DNA of 64,000 nucleotides from Rhodosorus marinus CCMP1338 (lineage: Eukaryota; Plantae; Rhodophyta). The notes under the pieces are model-generated. The model was not told the origin of the DNA and did no database searches. It was given only the letters and a program-made list of their open reading frames with translations. This document shows positions 50,811 through 63,677 of the stretch, piece after piece; position 1 is the stretch's first letter, and the number at the start of each line of letters is the position of its first letter. The DNA lies in the NCBI GenBank assembly GCA_029953675.1, contig JAMWBK010000005.1, forward strand, positions 2,914,001 to 2,978,000, written 5' to 3'. The position numbers and the translations under genes are program-made.

Positions 50811-51533
50811 CTTGCTATTTCCCTTCAGAAGAATAGGAGCTTCTAACTTACTCCTAAACAGAAAAACAAGAAGGCCGAAAAACAACTTGTCTAAGTTCGG
50901 CTTCTATGTCCTACGCCCTTCCCTTCTCTCCTCCTTCCCCGAAAAGTCAAAGAGCACTACAACTTCATAAGCACTTCATCGCCGTTACCCACAATGTAAC
51001 ATTCGCCAACGTTTTTGGCCAACAACAAAGCGCCAAAACGAGAGGGATCATAAAATAGCTACAAAACAAGAAATATTTAGGGAATACAAATCGTCCTAAA
51101 AAGAACTGAGTTTCTGATTCAATCTTTTCCATTTATTAGAGATTGACATTAATGATTAGTCCGTCTTAAAATTTGGTCGGTTTAAGTTGCCTTGGAGGGG
51201 GGCGCTGGTGAGTCTGTGGAATGGACGACACCTTGCAGTAAGTTGTTTGATTACGCTGAGCTCCTAAAAGTGCTTGAATGAGTCTCCCGATGTTCTCTAG
51301 AGCTTATTGTTCCCCCTGAGTAAGTGTTTTCAAAAAAAACATGGTTCGAAAGTGCGGCTCCCAAGTTTGGACGGAAGCACGGCGGAGGACCTGCTCATCC
51401 AATACACCTCGACATGATGAGAGTGAACGCTAGAGGTTCTCGGGTCTCCCGAAAAGGGATCTGAGGGGTTTGTGAAAGACGCGCCCTGTAGAGACTCCCC
51501 TCCCCTCCCATCTGCTGTTAGACTGCTCGTTCA

Positions 51534-52023
51534 TCAGCTCGAATGAAATTTGCCAGCGACGTAGGTCTGTGCTGTTTTCTCTAGAACTTCCAAACTCTGC
51601 TTTATAGTCGCCCTGAATTTTTGAAACGAATTAGAGCGAGCCCGTTCCAGGTCAGACCACTGAATCCTGATGCCATCTGAAACTTGTTTCACCCTCCTAG
51701 GAGACGGAGAACAGCACAATGAAACTGAGGTGAACTCAGGAATAGTTCGATACTCACACGCTGGTTCTTAAGTCATCAAGAATCGATAGATCGTCCTTCA
51801 TTGCGTTCACAGCATCCACTAATTCTTTCAGCCTTAAGGTGGCGTTCTCCACATCCTGCACCAAACCGTCTCGAACCGATTCAGACACGGCCTGGGAATG
51901 CAACAGCGTCAACTCCACTATTCCGTTCGTCCTGGTATGAACACTCCCAAGCAAGGCCGTAATCTCACGAGACAATCTTGCTGTCTGCGCCTCAAGCACC
52001 TCAAGTCTGTCCATACCATTCAT
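51534..52023 (-). CDS. Small coiled-coil protein, BORC subunit 6 (lyspersin C-terminal helix)-like, 2 exons
   Basis: LEVLEAQTARLSREITALLGSV...VENATLRLKELVDAVNAMKDDL...IKQSLEVLEK fits the recalled BORCS6 C-terminal helical pattern. Confidence 0.55.
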
Positions 52024-52696
52024 TACCAGCCACAAAACCACCACACCATTCTCCCTTCCACCAAGTTCACAAGAAACTCTCAAAGGCCTCAGACCATCTC
52101 ACCGCTGGGGCCGCGGCGGCACGTACAAAAATCAGTCTATAGTCCGCTACCTATCCTTCTAAGAGCTTCCCCAAAAGCCTTCCCGAAAACCCCCATCCTA
52201 GTCTCACAATGAAACCGACACTCCTCATCCACATTCCCAACAGAAATCAATCAACTAAGACAGTCAATTTATATTCAATCCATAAAATCAATCATTATTT
52301 CGTGAGACCCCAGCGATGAACGTCTAAAACTTTTTATGGAAAAATATGAAATCTCCAAGGTTCAGGTTGTGAACGTGTGTTTTTTTCCCAGTTTTTGAGA
52401 GATGTTTTTTGCTTGTTTCGCAGCCGTGGTTTGGGGGAGTTTTTTGTCAAGAGGAAGAGTCTTTTTATGTCACTAGATGATGAGTTACTCCACTCTGAGA
52501 TTGGGGAGTGGGAGGGAGTGTTTCCTGTCATGATGGGTAACTCGCTGAATCTGAGTATATAAACGTGATCTGGATTTTTTTTTGGGAAGGGAAGGGGAGG
52601 AGAGGAGGCGGAGGAGGAAGGGGTTCGGCTGAGGATTTTTTTTGGGAAGGTTCTTGTGAGGGGAGTGAGCGTGAAGGGAGGGGGGGAGGGGGAACC

Positions 52697-54568
52697 ATGA
52701 GTGCGTTTGTGAATGGACCCGTGTTTTTGAGCCGTGGGCGAGGGTTTGCTGCTGGGTCGAGGAGGCGAGCAGCAAGGATTGTTTGTACGGCGACTCCTCC
52801 AGTGAAGGTTGGGGCTGATGTTGATTCCAGAGTTGAGGCGGGGAAGGCGCTGTCTGCGCAGGGGGTGGAGAGGGTGAGGTTTGCGCCCTCGCCTACTGGG
52901 GCCCTTCATGTTGGAGGTGCGAGAACGGCGTTGTATAACTGGTTGCACGCAAAGGCAAATAATGGGAAGGTTCTTCTGAGGGTTGAGGATACGGATCAGG
53001 CAAGATCTACAAGAGAATCTGAAAACGCGGTTCTTAGGGATTTGAGATGGCTTGGAATTGACTTCGATGAGGGACCTGATGCCATGGGCGGAGAGGCTGG
53101 TCCGTATCGACAGTCAGAGAGAGGTGACATATATGTTGAACTGGCCAATCGATTGCTTGAATCCGGGCATGCCTACCCATGCTTTTGTACAGAGGAGGAG
53201 CTTGACATGAAGCGAAAGCAGGCAGAGGCAGAAGGCCGGCCACCACAGTACGATGGTACCTGGAGGGATGCTGACCCTGCTGAGGTAAAACGCAGGATGG
53301 ATGCAGGAGAAACCTACACGGTTCGGTTCAAGATTCCTGACAATACAACAATAGCGATTGACGATATTGTTCGAGGAGAGGTTGAGTGGGACGCAAACGC
53401 CACTGTTGGAGACTTCATTTTGTTGCGTAGCACTGGAGTTCCAGTCTACAACTTCTGCGTAGCCGTCGATGATGCGCTGATGGGGATCACTACGGTGATC
53501 CGAGCGGAGGAGCATTTGACTAATTCGTTGAGACAGATACTAATTCTGAATGCCCTTGGCTTCCCGGTACCAAAGTATGCTCACTGCTCGTTGATTCTCG
53601 GAAGCGATCGGTCGAAGCTTTCGAAGCGACACGGGGCCACCTCTTGTGACCAGTTCCGACTGGATGGATACCTGCCAAATGCAATGGTTAACTATCTGGC
53701 GCTCTTGGGCTGGAATGACGGTACCACGAAGGTATGAAACCGCTGAAAATTTCAGAGTATTTATGTCTACCATCCATGCCTCCCTTACGTCTTTGCTAAA
53801 CCAGAAATTTCTGCTTCTGTTGACTTCAAAAGGAGTTGTACTTTACACCAGAGGAGGTTGTAGAAAGCTTCGATTTAAATCGCGTTGGACCATCCCCAAC
53901 CATGTTTGACTCGGACAAGCTCATTTGGATCAATGGCCAGCATCTGCGGGCATTGCCCGTGGAAGAACTTGCACCGATGGCAAGGGATCATCTTGTGGAT
54001 CAAGAATTGCTCGACCCGTCCGTAGAGAGCGACTCTGAGCTGAGCATGTTCATTGCGGGCATGTTCCAAGGAAGTATGAGTCTGGTCAATGACGTTGCAA
54101 CAGAGTTTCAAGGTGCCCTGGGCTTCCCAGTTGAGGAATGCATTTCAACTGGAGAGGCAAGTGAGCTGCTGGAAGACGACGGAGGGTTCAAGGTCATTGC
54201 AGAGAGCATTTTGTCGGCGTACGATGCGGGAGAGTTTCCCAACGGGAGCTCTGATGACCACGCTGCGGAATGGAAGGCATGGGTGAAAGCTCTCGGAAAG
54301 GAAACGAAACGTAAAGGTAAATTAGATTGAGCTCGAATCGCCTTGCAAACTGACTCGTCATCCGCCTAATGCTGTTGCTTTCTTACTCTGCTCAATAGGG
54401 AAGAAGCTCTTCCATCCTATTCGCCTGGCCCTAACCGGCAAAATGAGCGGGCCTGATGTTGGGCAGGTGGTGAAGCTCTTGCATATTACCGAAGGGGTCG
54501 CTCCTAACCGCGTCTCGCTCGCGGAGAGAATCGACACGCTGCGGGAGGTGGTAGCAGCGAAATATTAG
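52697..54568 (+). CDS. gltX: Glutamyl-tRNA synthetase, organellar (plastid-targeted), 3 exons
   Basis: VRFAPSPTGALHVGG (HIGH), LRVEDTDQAR, GPYRQSER, YNFCVAVDD, VIRAEEHLTN, KLSKR (KMSKS), LALLGW and the anticodon domain KGKKLFHPIRLALTG. Transit peptide MSAFVNGP... Confidence 0.97.
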
Positions 54569-56243
54569 ATAAATAGAAGGTGATCATTGAACCCTTGATG
54601 TACTAAACTTTTTCAGAAATGCTCGAAACCTGGGAAACTTGGTTGAACGGCCGGAGCATGTCGTTCACTGTAAGGATACTTGAAACTGAACTTATGGGAC
54701 GGCTCTACCATCCGAGCATCTTGCTGAATCGCTCGCACATGTTGCTAACGCGAACGAGCTGCTTGTTTTCTTCCGAGAAATCGTCAGCTCTATTGTCAGT
54801 TTTGGCATCCCTTTGGAGCGAGCTCATAATCCATAAACTACCAGATTATCGCGATGCGCTGACCTAATATGATGCCATCAGGGCTGCAAGCCTCCCTTTG
54901 AATCCAGGCTACAGCAAGACAGATCATGCTGGCTGTAGAAGGGCACGACGTGACCTATGAACTATGCTTCGTTACCAGCTCTTACTTTCGATGCGAAGCA
55001 TCCCCGAGGAGATGTGAACTTTCGGGACATGTCTGCGCTTATCATCAACGAACTTGGTTACCCTTGTATACAAGAGGACAGCTTAGCAAGCATTTAGGGG
55101 TCTTTAGCAGCGATCACAGTATGTATCCAACAGGCAACAAATCATGGACGAGCGTGTCCAGAGGCCAATGAAATCAGTTCGATAGCCTTCCAGTGGAAAA
55201 CGCTCTGTAGAATCGAGCTCACTTTGTCCACCAGAAGATTTCCAGAATCCACGCATGGATTCCACGTGCGAGGGAAAGGCGTCTGATATTCAGCTGTCCC
55301 AGACGTCCCAAATTAACCCTGACTTCAATGGGACAAAATTTAGCAAGTGGTCAATCAATTAAACCTTCAATTGTGCACTCATTTCCTGCCATGTGTCCTA
55401 ATTTTGATAGAGCGAAAGCGAAGTCGCGAGTAGCAAAATATCCAAAAAAGCCAAAAAAATTGGACTTTAGGTCCTGACGTATATTTTGCCTAATAGTATA
55501 CCTATGACTTATTTTTTCAACCAAACCGTCCTGAATCTAGGACATAATTTCCATTATTACAGAACATTACCTCCCAAAGAATGACATGAGCCTAAAAAGT
55601 CTCGACGGAATACTAACATTCAATTTACCCCCCCTAACCCCTCCCTATCAATGCCAGCAAAGGATATTATCTACCCCTTCCATGATCTCCTATTTCCAGG
55701 TAAATATCATATTTATGAAACATTAAGAAGGATAAATAATCTTATACCCCTAATAAACACTTTCACAAACTTTGTAGAACCATGGGTTTTTTCCACCAGG
55801 GCAGGATAGTTCATATAATACGCACCTGCGCGTCTTTGTCCCCTTTTGAGCAGAATATCTGGGACTGCACGTTCCGAGATGCTTGAGATCAGTAGCGGTT
55901 AAAATTATACTAAAAACGTCATATTTTCGGGAGACTGTTTCTGTGAATGGTAAGCAGTAATGTTTTGCGGCTTTTTCCAGGGGTTGGTTTGTGGATGCAA
56001 ATTGTCCAATAAAGTTTTTGAATTATATATAAAGCACGAACATTGTGAAGTTGGAGGACGGGTAAATTGATCCAATGCGTATCAGCGCGATAACTTGATG
56101 GAGCTTCATAAAATGACTTGGCAGGGAATGGGAATGGTGGGGGAGGTTTGGTGCGGGGGTATCTGATGTGACTGTTTTGAGAGAGCTTTTTTTTTTGTTT
56201 GTCGTTGTTGTATTTGAAGAAGTTTAAAGACTAGATATAAAAC

Positions 56244-56777
56244 ATGGCTTTCCTGTCTGCTGGAGGATTCATCGGTACCAAGTGCCAGGGTCGCGCGATG
56301 TCTTCGTTTGCCGGCCAGAGGGTTGCTGTGAAGAAGTCCCAGAGAGTAGCTAGCGTTACCCAGATGAAGTGAGTTGGATGCCTGTGCGCAATTTTGGAAT
56401 GAAACCGGCTCCTGGAGCACCTAGGCTTCCGGGTTGGCGTTGTTTTTGAGTGATTTGGTGCTGATCTTGGTACTTGTATGTTTAGGTTTGAAATTTCTGA
56501 TGGAGAAGACTTCGATAACAATGGAATTGTCATTCCTCTTTCTATTATTGCATGGGTTGTTCCCTCTTCCATCCCGGCCGGCATTCCTCTTTTCAACGGA
56601 AGCGGCCTGACCCAGGCTTACTGGGCTTCCATTGCCGACAACCTCTCCCGCTATCCCAAGGGCCCTGCGCTGGACGACCCGTACTGGACTTTGATGGTGA
56701 TGTGGCACATCGGAATGTTCGCCTGCTTGATCTTCGGTACTATTGGATACAACGGAAGCAAGAGGAAGAGCTTTTAA
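56244..56777 (+). CDS. psaO: Photosystem I subunit O, 2 exons
   Basis: Transit peptide MAFLSAGGF, intron 56369-56485, mature part WVVPSSIP..GSGLTQAYWASIADNL..YPKGPALDDPYWTLMVMWHIGMFACLIFGTIGYNG. Confidence 0.92.
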
Positions 56778-57885
56778 GTTGTCGAGATAGTTTGAATTAG
56801 TTGTTGTTCTACAGTAAAAATGTGTTTTTGCCTACGGCTCCGGTGATTGCTATCGCCTGCAGAAATCCCAAGGTCTGGTTAGATCACAATCTCAATGCAA
56901 ACACAAGCTCAATATGTGTTCATAGCCCAGGCTGATTTAGTGGTGTCTACGTGGATAGCCCACAAGGTATTTCGATCTTCGTTTGGTATTGATGTAGAAG
57001 ATCCTATCCTCAATACCCCGGTACGATTTGTGAACTTCTCCGAGAGCGAACACCTGTAGGTGTAGACACAGAAAGTATCAAGAAACACAATGGGAGCAGG
57101 ACTCCTGGGGGGCAGTCGAGCTACTGCCCTGACCGACCCATTGCGGGTTTGTCCCAAGCGCCGCCGTTCCACTGTACGGCCCCGCCCGCGTCAACGAGGG
57201 GCATCTTGCGTTGTTGCCGAGGTCCTCCCGGGCTCAACGAGTTGTCAACGATCCCTTGGAGCCCTTTTTTTCCGGGCTTTTCCTAAGGGCTTACAAAATT
57301 TGCTTGTTCATGAAAGTCTTTCGGGTCCTGAGCTTCAGGGTTTTCCAGGAAACGGTTCGAGACGTCCAAGATTTGATGAAGTCTTCAGGTACAGGAGCTG
57401 CATGAAGAATGTAAACTGAGCTAAAGAAAACGGTGCGTCCTTTCTAGAAGCGCTCCGCGTGGATGCCGCCTTGCGCTCGAGCGAAAAGGCGTTTGATGAC
57501 CGACTCAGTTAGTTCAGCATTGGAAGAAACACGGACATAACTGAGCTAGCTTAGGGGTCCCTCACGCCTCCCTCACCTTCGAAACCCTCCCCACTACCGA
57601 GCGAAAGTCAGTAGCACTTGACTGTCCATTTCTATAAAGTCAAGACGATTGCGAGTCGGAGACGGCGTTGCGCTGAGAGCATGTTGATGATGGCAACCTC
57701 TGGAAGCATCGAAACACCTTCTTTACATAGGAAATCTGAGAACCTCACGGAAAACTGTTGAAACTCAACATGACGGCCTCGCTTGCTCATAACACAATAG
57801 TTAATGTACGTAGCTAACACACTACCCAACTACACCAAAAAAAATTTAACCCTCGCAAAAACCTTGTTCAAGTCCTCCGCACACC

Positions 57886-59673
57886 TTAGAGGATTTGCAA
57901 CTGTTTTCCTATACGTTCGTACTCTTCGGTTTGTCTCTTCAACTGCTGCTGAAGGTCGTCAAGCTCTGCCTGCAAATTGTAGAAATCCTGAAGCGGATGA
58001 GTGTTCTGCGTCAAGTTAGCTATATATTCAAGACACGCTCTTGAATGTACCCTGCGAGAACTCACGGTTATGAAACCTCCTGAAACCTGGTCTTTCCCTT
58101 CATTCTCTGATTTCGGCTCCTCCTTTCCTCGCATCCTGCTTCTTCTGTGGAAATGTGCAATTTTTCGCAGAAGAATTTGTTGGGAGAGGAGAAGCTGCGT
58201 TCCACTTTCGTGCAGTTCCCACTGCTTCTCAACGGTTTGCCTCGCGTTCAAGCCGGCTTTGCTTTCGTCCATTGTTCTGAGGTGGTTACAGTGCACGTTA
58301 TCAGTTTGCGCTCGCCACTGTCCGTGTTCGATTCCTCAAAAGGTCTTACCTTGCCCCTAAACTCTCAGAAATTCCAAGTCTGCTCGGCGAACAGCGGAAC
58401 TTTTGCATGCCAGAGCAGTCTCGTCCGGCAAATTCAGACGCATCAGTCTTTGACTTCCGCAGGTTATTCCGGAACTTTTGCAGGTGGCTCTTGACATGCT
58501 CCGTTGTTAAGCCCTTTACATCCATAATCTCAAGGATAGTCTTGGGAACTGCATTCTCAATTCCCGCTACGTTCACTGCTCGAAGGAACCGCTCGTGGAG
58601 ATCCTGCGTCCACACCAGCCTCTTCTTGATGGAGATTGTTCTTTGCGCATTTTCCATCGCACTCTGCAATGTGGACAAACGCAAAAAGTTAGATTCGTCA
58701 AGCAAGGTTCAGCGGTTTTCGGATGTAGCTAGCCTACCTCCAGGCTCCTCGTGCCAGCTTGCTCTTGAGCCTCTGAGTTTTCCTCTGGTTGGGCCAGTTC
58801 TTGCCGAGGGGGCAATTTGGGGCTGCTCAGTTTTGCGCTTGTGCTTGTATCAGATCGAATTTCAACAATCATTCGCGACATGGCCTGGTCTTCGAGGGAC
58901 CTTCGGCTCCGTCGACCCAAAAATTCGTCCCCTACGGACGACGGCAAAGCTGGGCAGCACGCCCGCGAACTTTCTTCATTTTGGCTTGGTGCCCGCGACT
59001 GTGGATTTCTAGGTCTTGCTTTCCCTTCATAATCAGACGGCTTGGCAGCCTTGACCCTCTGTGCACCCGGCTGCTCAAGTTTTTGACCGCTCATCGCTGG
59101 CCTCTTTCCAGTCTCAAGCAAAGGGCGCTCTCTCGGGAGGGGAACATTGCACTCCCCAAAGCACTTGTCACGCATTTGTCTAGTGTCGTTCAAACCCTTT
59201 TGCTCCAGATGATTCGACGCATCCAAACCAAGCATTTCGTCCTCCCCAAGGCACCCGCCAGCATCCCTCGCGAGTCCGGTCCCCAGCGACCTATTCTCAT
59301 CATCCCTCAACGGAACATTGAACTCCTCAAAGAACTTGTCACGAATTTGTCTCGTATCGTTCAAGCCCTTTTGCTCCGGATTATTCCAAGCATCCAAACC
59401 GCCAACATCCCTCACGAGCCCGTTCCCCAACCACATATTCTCATCATCCCTCAACTCATTCGGGGTACTGAGCAGAAACATATCCCCGACTTCCTGTACG
59501 GGAACAGTCTCTTCCGACGCTTCCCTGGCCCACTCATTATTCATTTCCATCAACCTGGTCTCTTTTCTCAACTCCGACGCTCCGGTTACGACCGAAGCGC
59601 TATTTTCTACCGACTGCCTCAAGCTTTCAAGCTTCATATGCACGTCCACCTCAAACTCACCCCCCAATTTCAT
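57886..59673 (-). CDS. GARP/G2-like MYB transcription factor (SHLQKF) with C-terminal coiled coil (multi-exon)
   Basis: KKRLVWTQDLHERFLRAVNVAGIENAVPKTILEIMDVKGLTTEHVKSHLQKFR, with downstream QWELHESG..QQ and LQAELDDLQQQLK segments. The 3' end is approximate. Confidence 0.85.
59146..59460 (-). repeat. Intragenic tandem duplication (about 144 and 171 bp) in the GARP gene N-terminus
   Basis: Encodes LRDDENMWLGNGLVRDVGG-LDAWNNPEQKGLNDTRQIRDKFFEEFNVP and LRDDENRSLGTGLARDAGGCLGEDEMLGLDASNHLEQKGLNDTRQMRDKCFGECNVP. Confidence 0.9.
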
Positions 59674-61079
59674 CACGCACTCTCCACCCGGCACCCCCTT
59701 CTCCTCTCTCGAAACACAACAACAAAAAGACTTCCTCCCACTTGCCCCGCAGTGCAGTCCCCTCCAAGAAAAAAACACCTCACAACTCTTTCACATCACT
59801 TGCCAAGGTCATTACAAACGCCAAAACTATCTTTTCAAGCAACCACCAGCACGCTCCCCAACCCCCAACCCCCAACCCCTTATCAGCTACCCTCAATGAC
59901 CCCATAGCTAATCCTCCATCGTCCGTATGCTCAACTCAGCACTCAGTTTCACCCCTTCTTCCGTCTTCATCAAAATCAGATAATAAAATGGAATCCTTCG
60001 CAAACCCCGCCCCCCCCCTCCCTTTTTCCAATCCACCCCTCTTCTCCCCATCTTTTTTGGTTCGGAGAGCACTCGTGGGCAGATCACAGCTTTTTCACAT
60101 GTTCCTGACCCCCCCCCCCCCAAGCCCACCCCTAATCCAATTTTTTTCAATGACGAGGCGACGGCCAAAAAGTAATAAATCTTCTTTCCTTTCATTGACG
60201 ATATGGTTTTCGTCCTTATTTTTTCCTGCTTTCAGATTGGCATTCTCATAGTAGATTAGAGACATGACTGGCATAAATATTACTGTTATTCACTACTTGT
60301 TGAGGTCCAAAGGTTCGTATTTGGTACGCAGAAACCCACATTCAGAAGACAAAGACAATATTTCAATGAGAAAGTTTATTTTACTTATTTTAGAGTGGTT
60401 TACTATCTTAAATTTGGTATAGATGGATAGTTTTCGAAATGTTGTTTTCCGACAGCATGGGGGAGGAAGGAACGGCGTGTGGAGGGAGGGGGGGGTATGA
60501 AAACCGGAAGGAACGAATCTAATGCATAGTTTTCTTCCCCCTCAAAAAGTTTTGGAGGAAAATTAGATTTGCTAGCTCTTATTTGATTTCTTGTCTCCAT
60601 TATGGAATCTTTCTTGCTGAGGCTTTTTTTCAATGGTTTCCATTGCATTATTAATATCTAGTTTTATTCAATGTTTGGTGTAAGAGGCTAGATCCTTTGA
60701 AATGTAAAAAAAAAAAGGTTTGGGAGGGGGTGAGGCGGTTAGGGTTTCCTAGCCTAAGTAGAAATCGCCAAGTCCCCAAATAGATTGTTGATTGCTACTC
60801 TTTGCGGTGGTTGAGATTATCATCTTGGATGGGGCGGGGCAAAAACTCCATCCCGCAGTGTTGAAGAGGCTAAGGAGCTCAGATGCATTGTGGAGGTTCC
60901 ATTGTAGTGCAGTGCGTAGTTAGGTATATCTCAGGCTGAAGGAAGTGCACTAAGGTATGACTAAGGCAAGAATGCAGCCTGTTCAACCTCCTTCCCGGTC
61001 GTCGTTTCATTTCATTCGTTCCTGAACGGCGGAGGTGTGGGTGCTTGGTTTGGTCTGGATCTGCGCCTGGCCACTAGGT

Positions 61080-62380
61080 GACTACTCTACGATAGGCGCA
61101 CCCGATCGGCTGAGAACGTCCAGCAGCTCCTACCCCACCCCGAAGATAGCGCTCTCCTTCAACCCCAGCGAACACTAATCCATAACCAATATAAACTCCT
61201 GAACTGGAATCCCGAAAATACCCTGCATGGCAGCAGGTCGCCCTCCCTTGCAGGTGGGGAGGCCTTGGATTCTGCACTCGAGGACGCGTCCAACCCATTG
61301 CCTTCTACACAGCATGGATACACACCTTCCGGGAGAACCAAGGCTACTGGCCATACGTCAAAACCCTGCAAGAAAGAACCATGGCGGATGCTACACGCCC
61401 CATCCCCAGAACCCTACATGTACTCCGCTCTACAGACTCCCTGAACGGGCAAATCCTACCGGCTAGCTCTGTGGATACAGAGACACTTCAACCCTGAGAC
61501 CAACCCACGAATTCGCAAGACTCGCCTGCGTCACGTACCTGACTGAGGCCCCCCCTGCCCAACAAATTCCTGACCAGCCCGGGTGAAGCACGGTTCCATC
61601 TAAAAACCCTTTCGAGAGAGTCACAGCAAACTGCTTTCATCCGGCTGGTCGCTGATCCCCTAGTCGACCCCGAACACAGAGCTCGAATCCGCTCCGCTGC
61701 AGGAGCGCAAGCGGCGTGCAAAGATTCCATCATTGTCCGACTTCGACCGCGCTGTGGCAACGGCGACATAATGAGATCTGCACTGAGCTGGCCGCTGGCT
61801 TAACAGATGGCAGTTCAGGGATGTTCAGCAAGAACCTACAGATTACTTCACAGACTCGAATCTGAGACCCGATCTGGTGGCTATCCACCCTCGAACATGT
61901 CAAAGATTTACGATCGATGTGATGGTGGTGTCACCCCTACAGGCGAGGCACCTGCGAAGAGCAAAGACAATAATGGCTATGCAGCGAAGCAGGCGGAGCG
62001 CTGGAAACTTGCGCACTACAAGGAGGCGTTGGCGACGGAGCATCTAGATAACAAACTGATTCCGATTGCTATTGAAACTTTCGGGAGGACTGGGCAGATG
62101 ACACGGGATTCCCTACGAGCAGGCTGTGGTCACTTGCTCACCAAGAAGGACGAGTTGAGCAATTTGAGGGCTCAACTAAACAGGACACTTTGGGCAGGGA
62201 ATGCAGAGCTTGCCTTAGGAGCTTTGCGTGTGGATCAGTCGGACCAACCGTGATCCTTTATTCTTCTTTTTTTTATCGTAGCTAGACCCCGGGTGGCGGG
62301 GTTAAACCCAAGCATTTTCCCTAGATAGTGATAGAACTAGTATTGCCTCGCATTTGGCAGTTGCCCAGTAAAGTTTACAG
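61080..62380 (+). mobile_element. Degenerate, 5'-truncated non-LTR retrotransposon, RLE-type (CRE-clade-like), copy 2
   Basis: WQQVALPCRWGGLG (RT thumb, from 61228), RIRSAAGA, WQRRHNEI, RPDLVA, KQAERWKLAHY...LIPIAIETFGRTG. Has frameshifts and an internal deletion relative to copy 1. The 5' boundary is approximate. Confidence 0.85.
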
Positions 62381-63677
62381 CTAAGAAAAAAATCCATGCA
62401 GGGGGGTTGGTGGCATGATACTCGATTAGCAAAGTAATAGGGACAGACTGGCAATAATATCTATCCCCTTATTCTGTCCCATCTACCCTTAATATTAATA
62501 CGAAACTGGTTACCCCCCCCTTGGTTCAAACCAAATTCTTTCCACCCCAGAACGTGAATCCAATCCAAAGATCACTGAACCACACACACACCCCCCTCCC
62601 TTTTATTTCTCTCCCAACGTAAAAGACACGACTTTACCCCCCTTCTAAGTGTTGGTGTCCCATAAAGTTGAAACTCAATAGGAGAAAAAAAAAAGAAGGC
62701 GTTTCGGTCACCAAACCAAACAACCAAACAGGAATCTGGTGCGACAAATCAGATTCCACTTGACAATAAGTTTCTTTATTTTCTAAAACCTTAACTGAAG
62801 CGTACGAATCTTCTCTCCAATCATATGGGAACCAGTAATTTTCGCTTATCCAATCATATCAAGATGCCGGGGCCTGACCAGATTCTGGTACGGCCACAAA
62901 ATCTTGAAAGGAACGTTATAAAAACTTCGGATTTTAATATCTGCTGGGCATTGCCGTCAGAACTGGGCGCACTCCGATGTTGGCCAATCAAACGTTGCGT
63001 GTTATTTACTTCGGCTTCTATATTTCTGGTAGTTTTCGCAGTAATTGTCATTGAAAAGCTTTAGGTTGCGGGCTATCATCCTGCCAGCAACTACTTATTT
63101 ACACCAGCAACTACTTTACACCAGCAACCGTGCAAACTGGTGTTTTGAGGTTTGGTGGGGGGTCATGGTCACCTGTGGTTCCCGTTCTTGTCTGGCTAAG
63201 AGCATGTGGGATATAAGGAACTCTAGCAGCGAGATGAGCGCTTTTTGTTTCCCAAGCCTTTTCTGCGCTTGCTTAACTTTTCAAAATTACCACCCCCCCC
63301 CCTTCCTCTCCTCCCCAGGGTTCAACGTTTCCAAGAGCCAGTGACCATTTTCCAACTCTTGCCCAATCCGAAAATTTTCTTTGCCAATTTCCACTCTACA
63401 ACAATGTTTCCTTCGAGCGCAAGTTGGGTACGTTATTATATCCAATTTTCAAGCCAGGTTAAATGTTACTGGAAACCGAGAAAATACAGGTTAAGCAAGG
63501 TAGTTTTTATTAGGAAACACTAAAATGTACACGTGCAACTTGTACAACAGTTTGTACAATGAACAGAATTGGTTTCGGAAAGGGACGATGACGATGACAG
63601 CATCCATATTGACCGGACACTAGTCCGGCCTGAGTGACGTTTCTGGAATGTTGCCGATTGGAGTGCAAGAGCATGGG

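Noticed and set aside
56909-57540. Gene-like sequence downstream of psaO with a small gggcagt/actgccc hairpin
   Set aside because: No frame gives a recognisable domain, and the likeness to the retroelement motif is too short to count.
63084-63129. ccagcaactact repeated about 2.5 times
   Set aside because: A short local slippage repeat; no associated feature.
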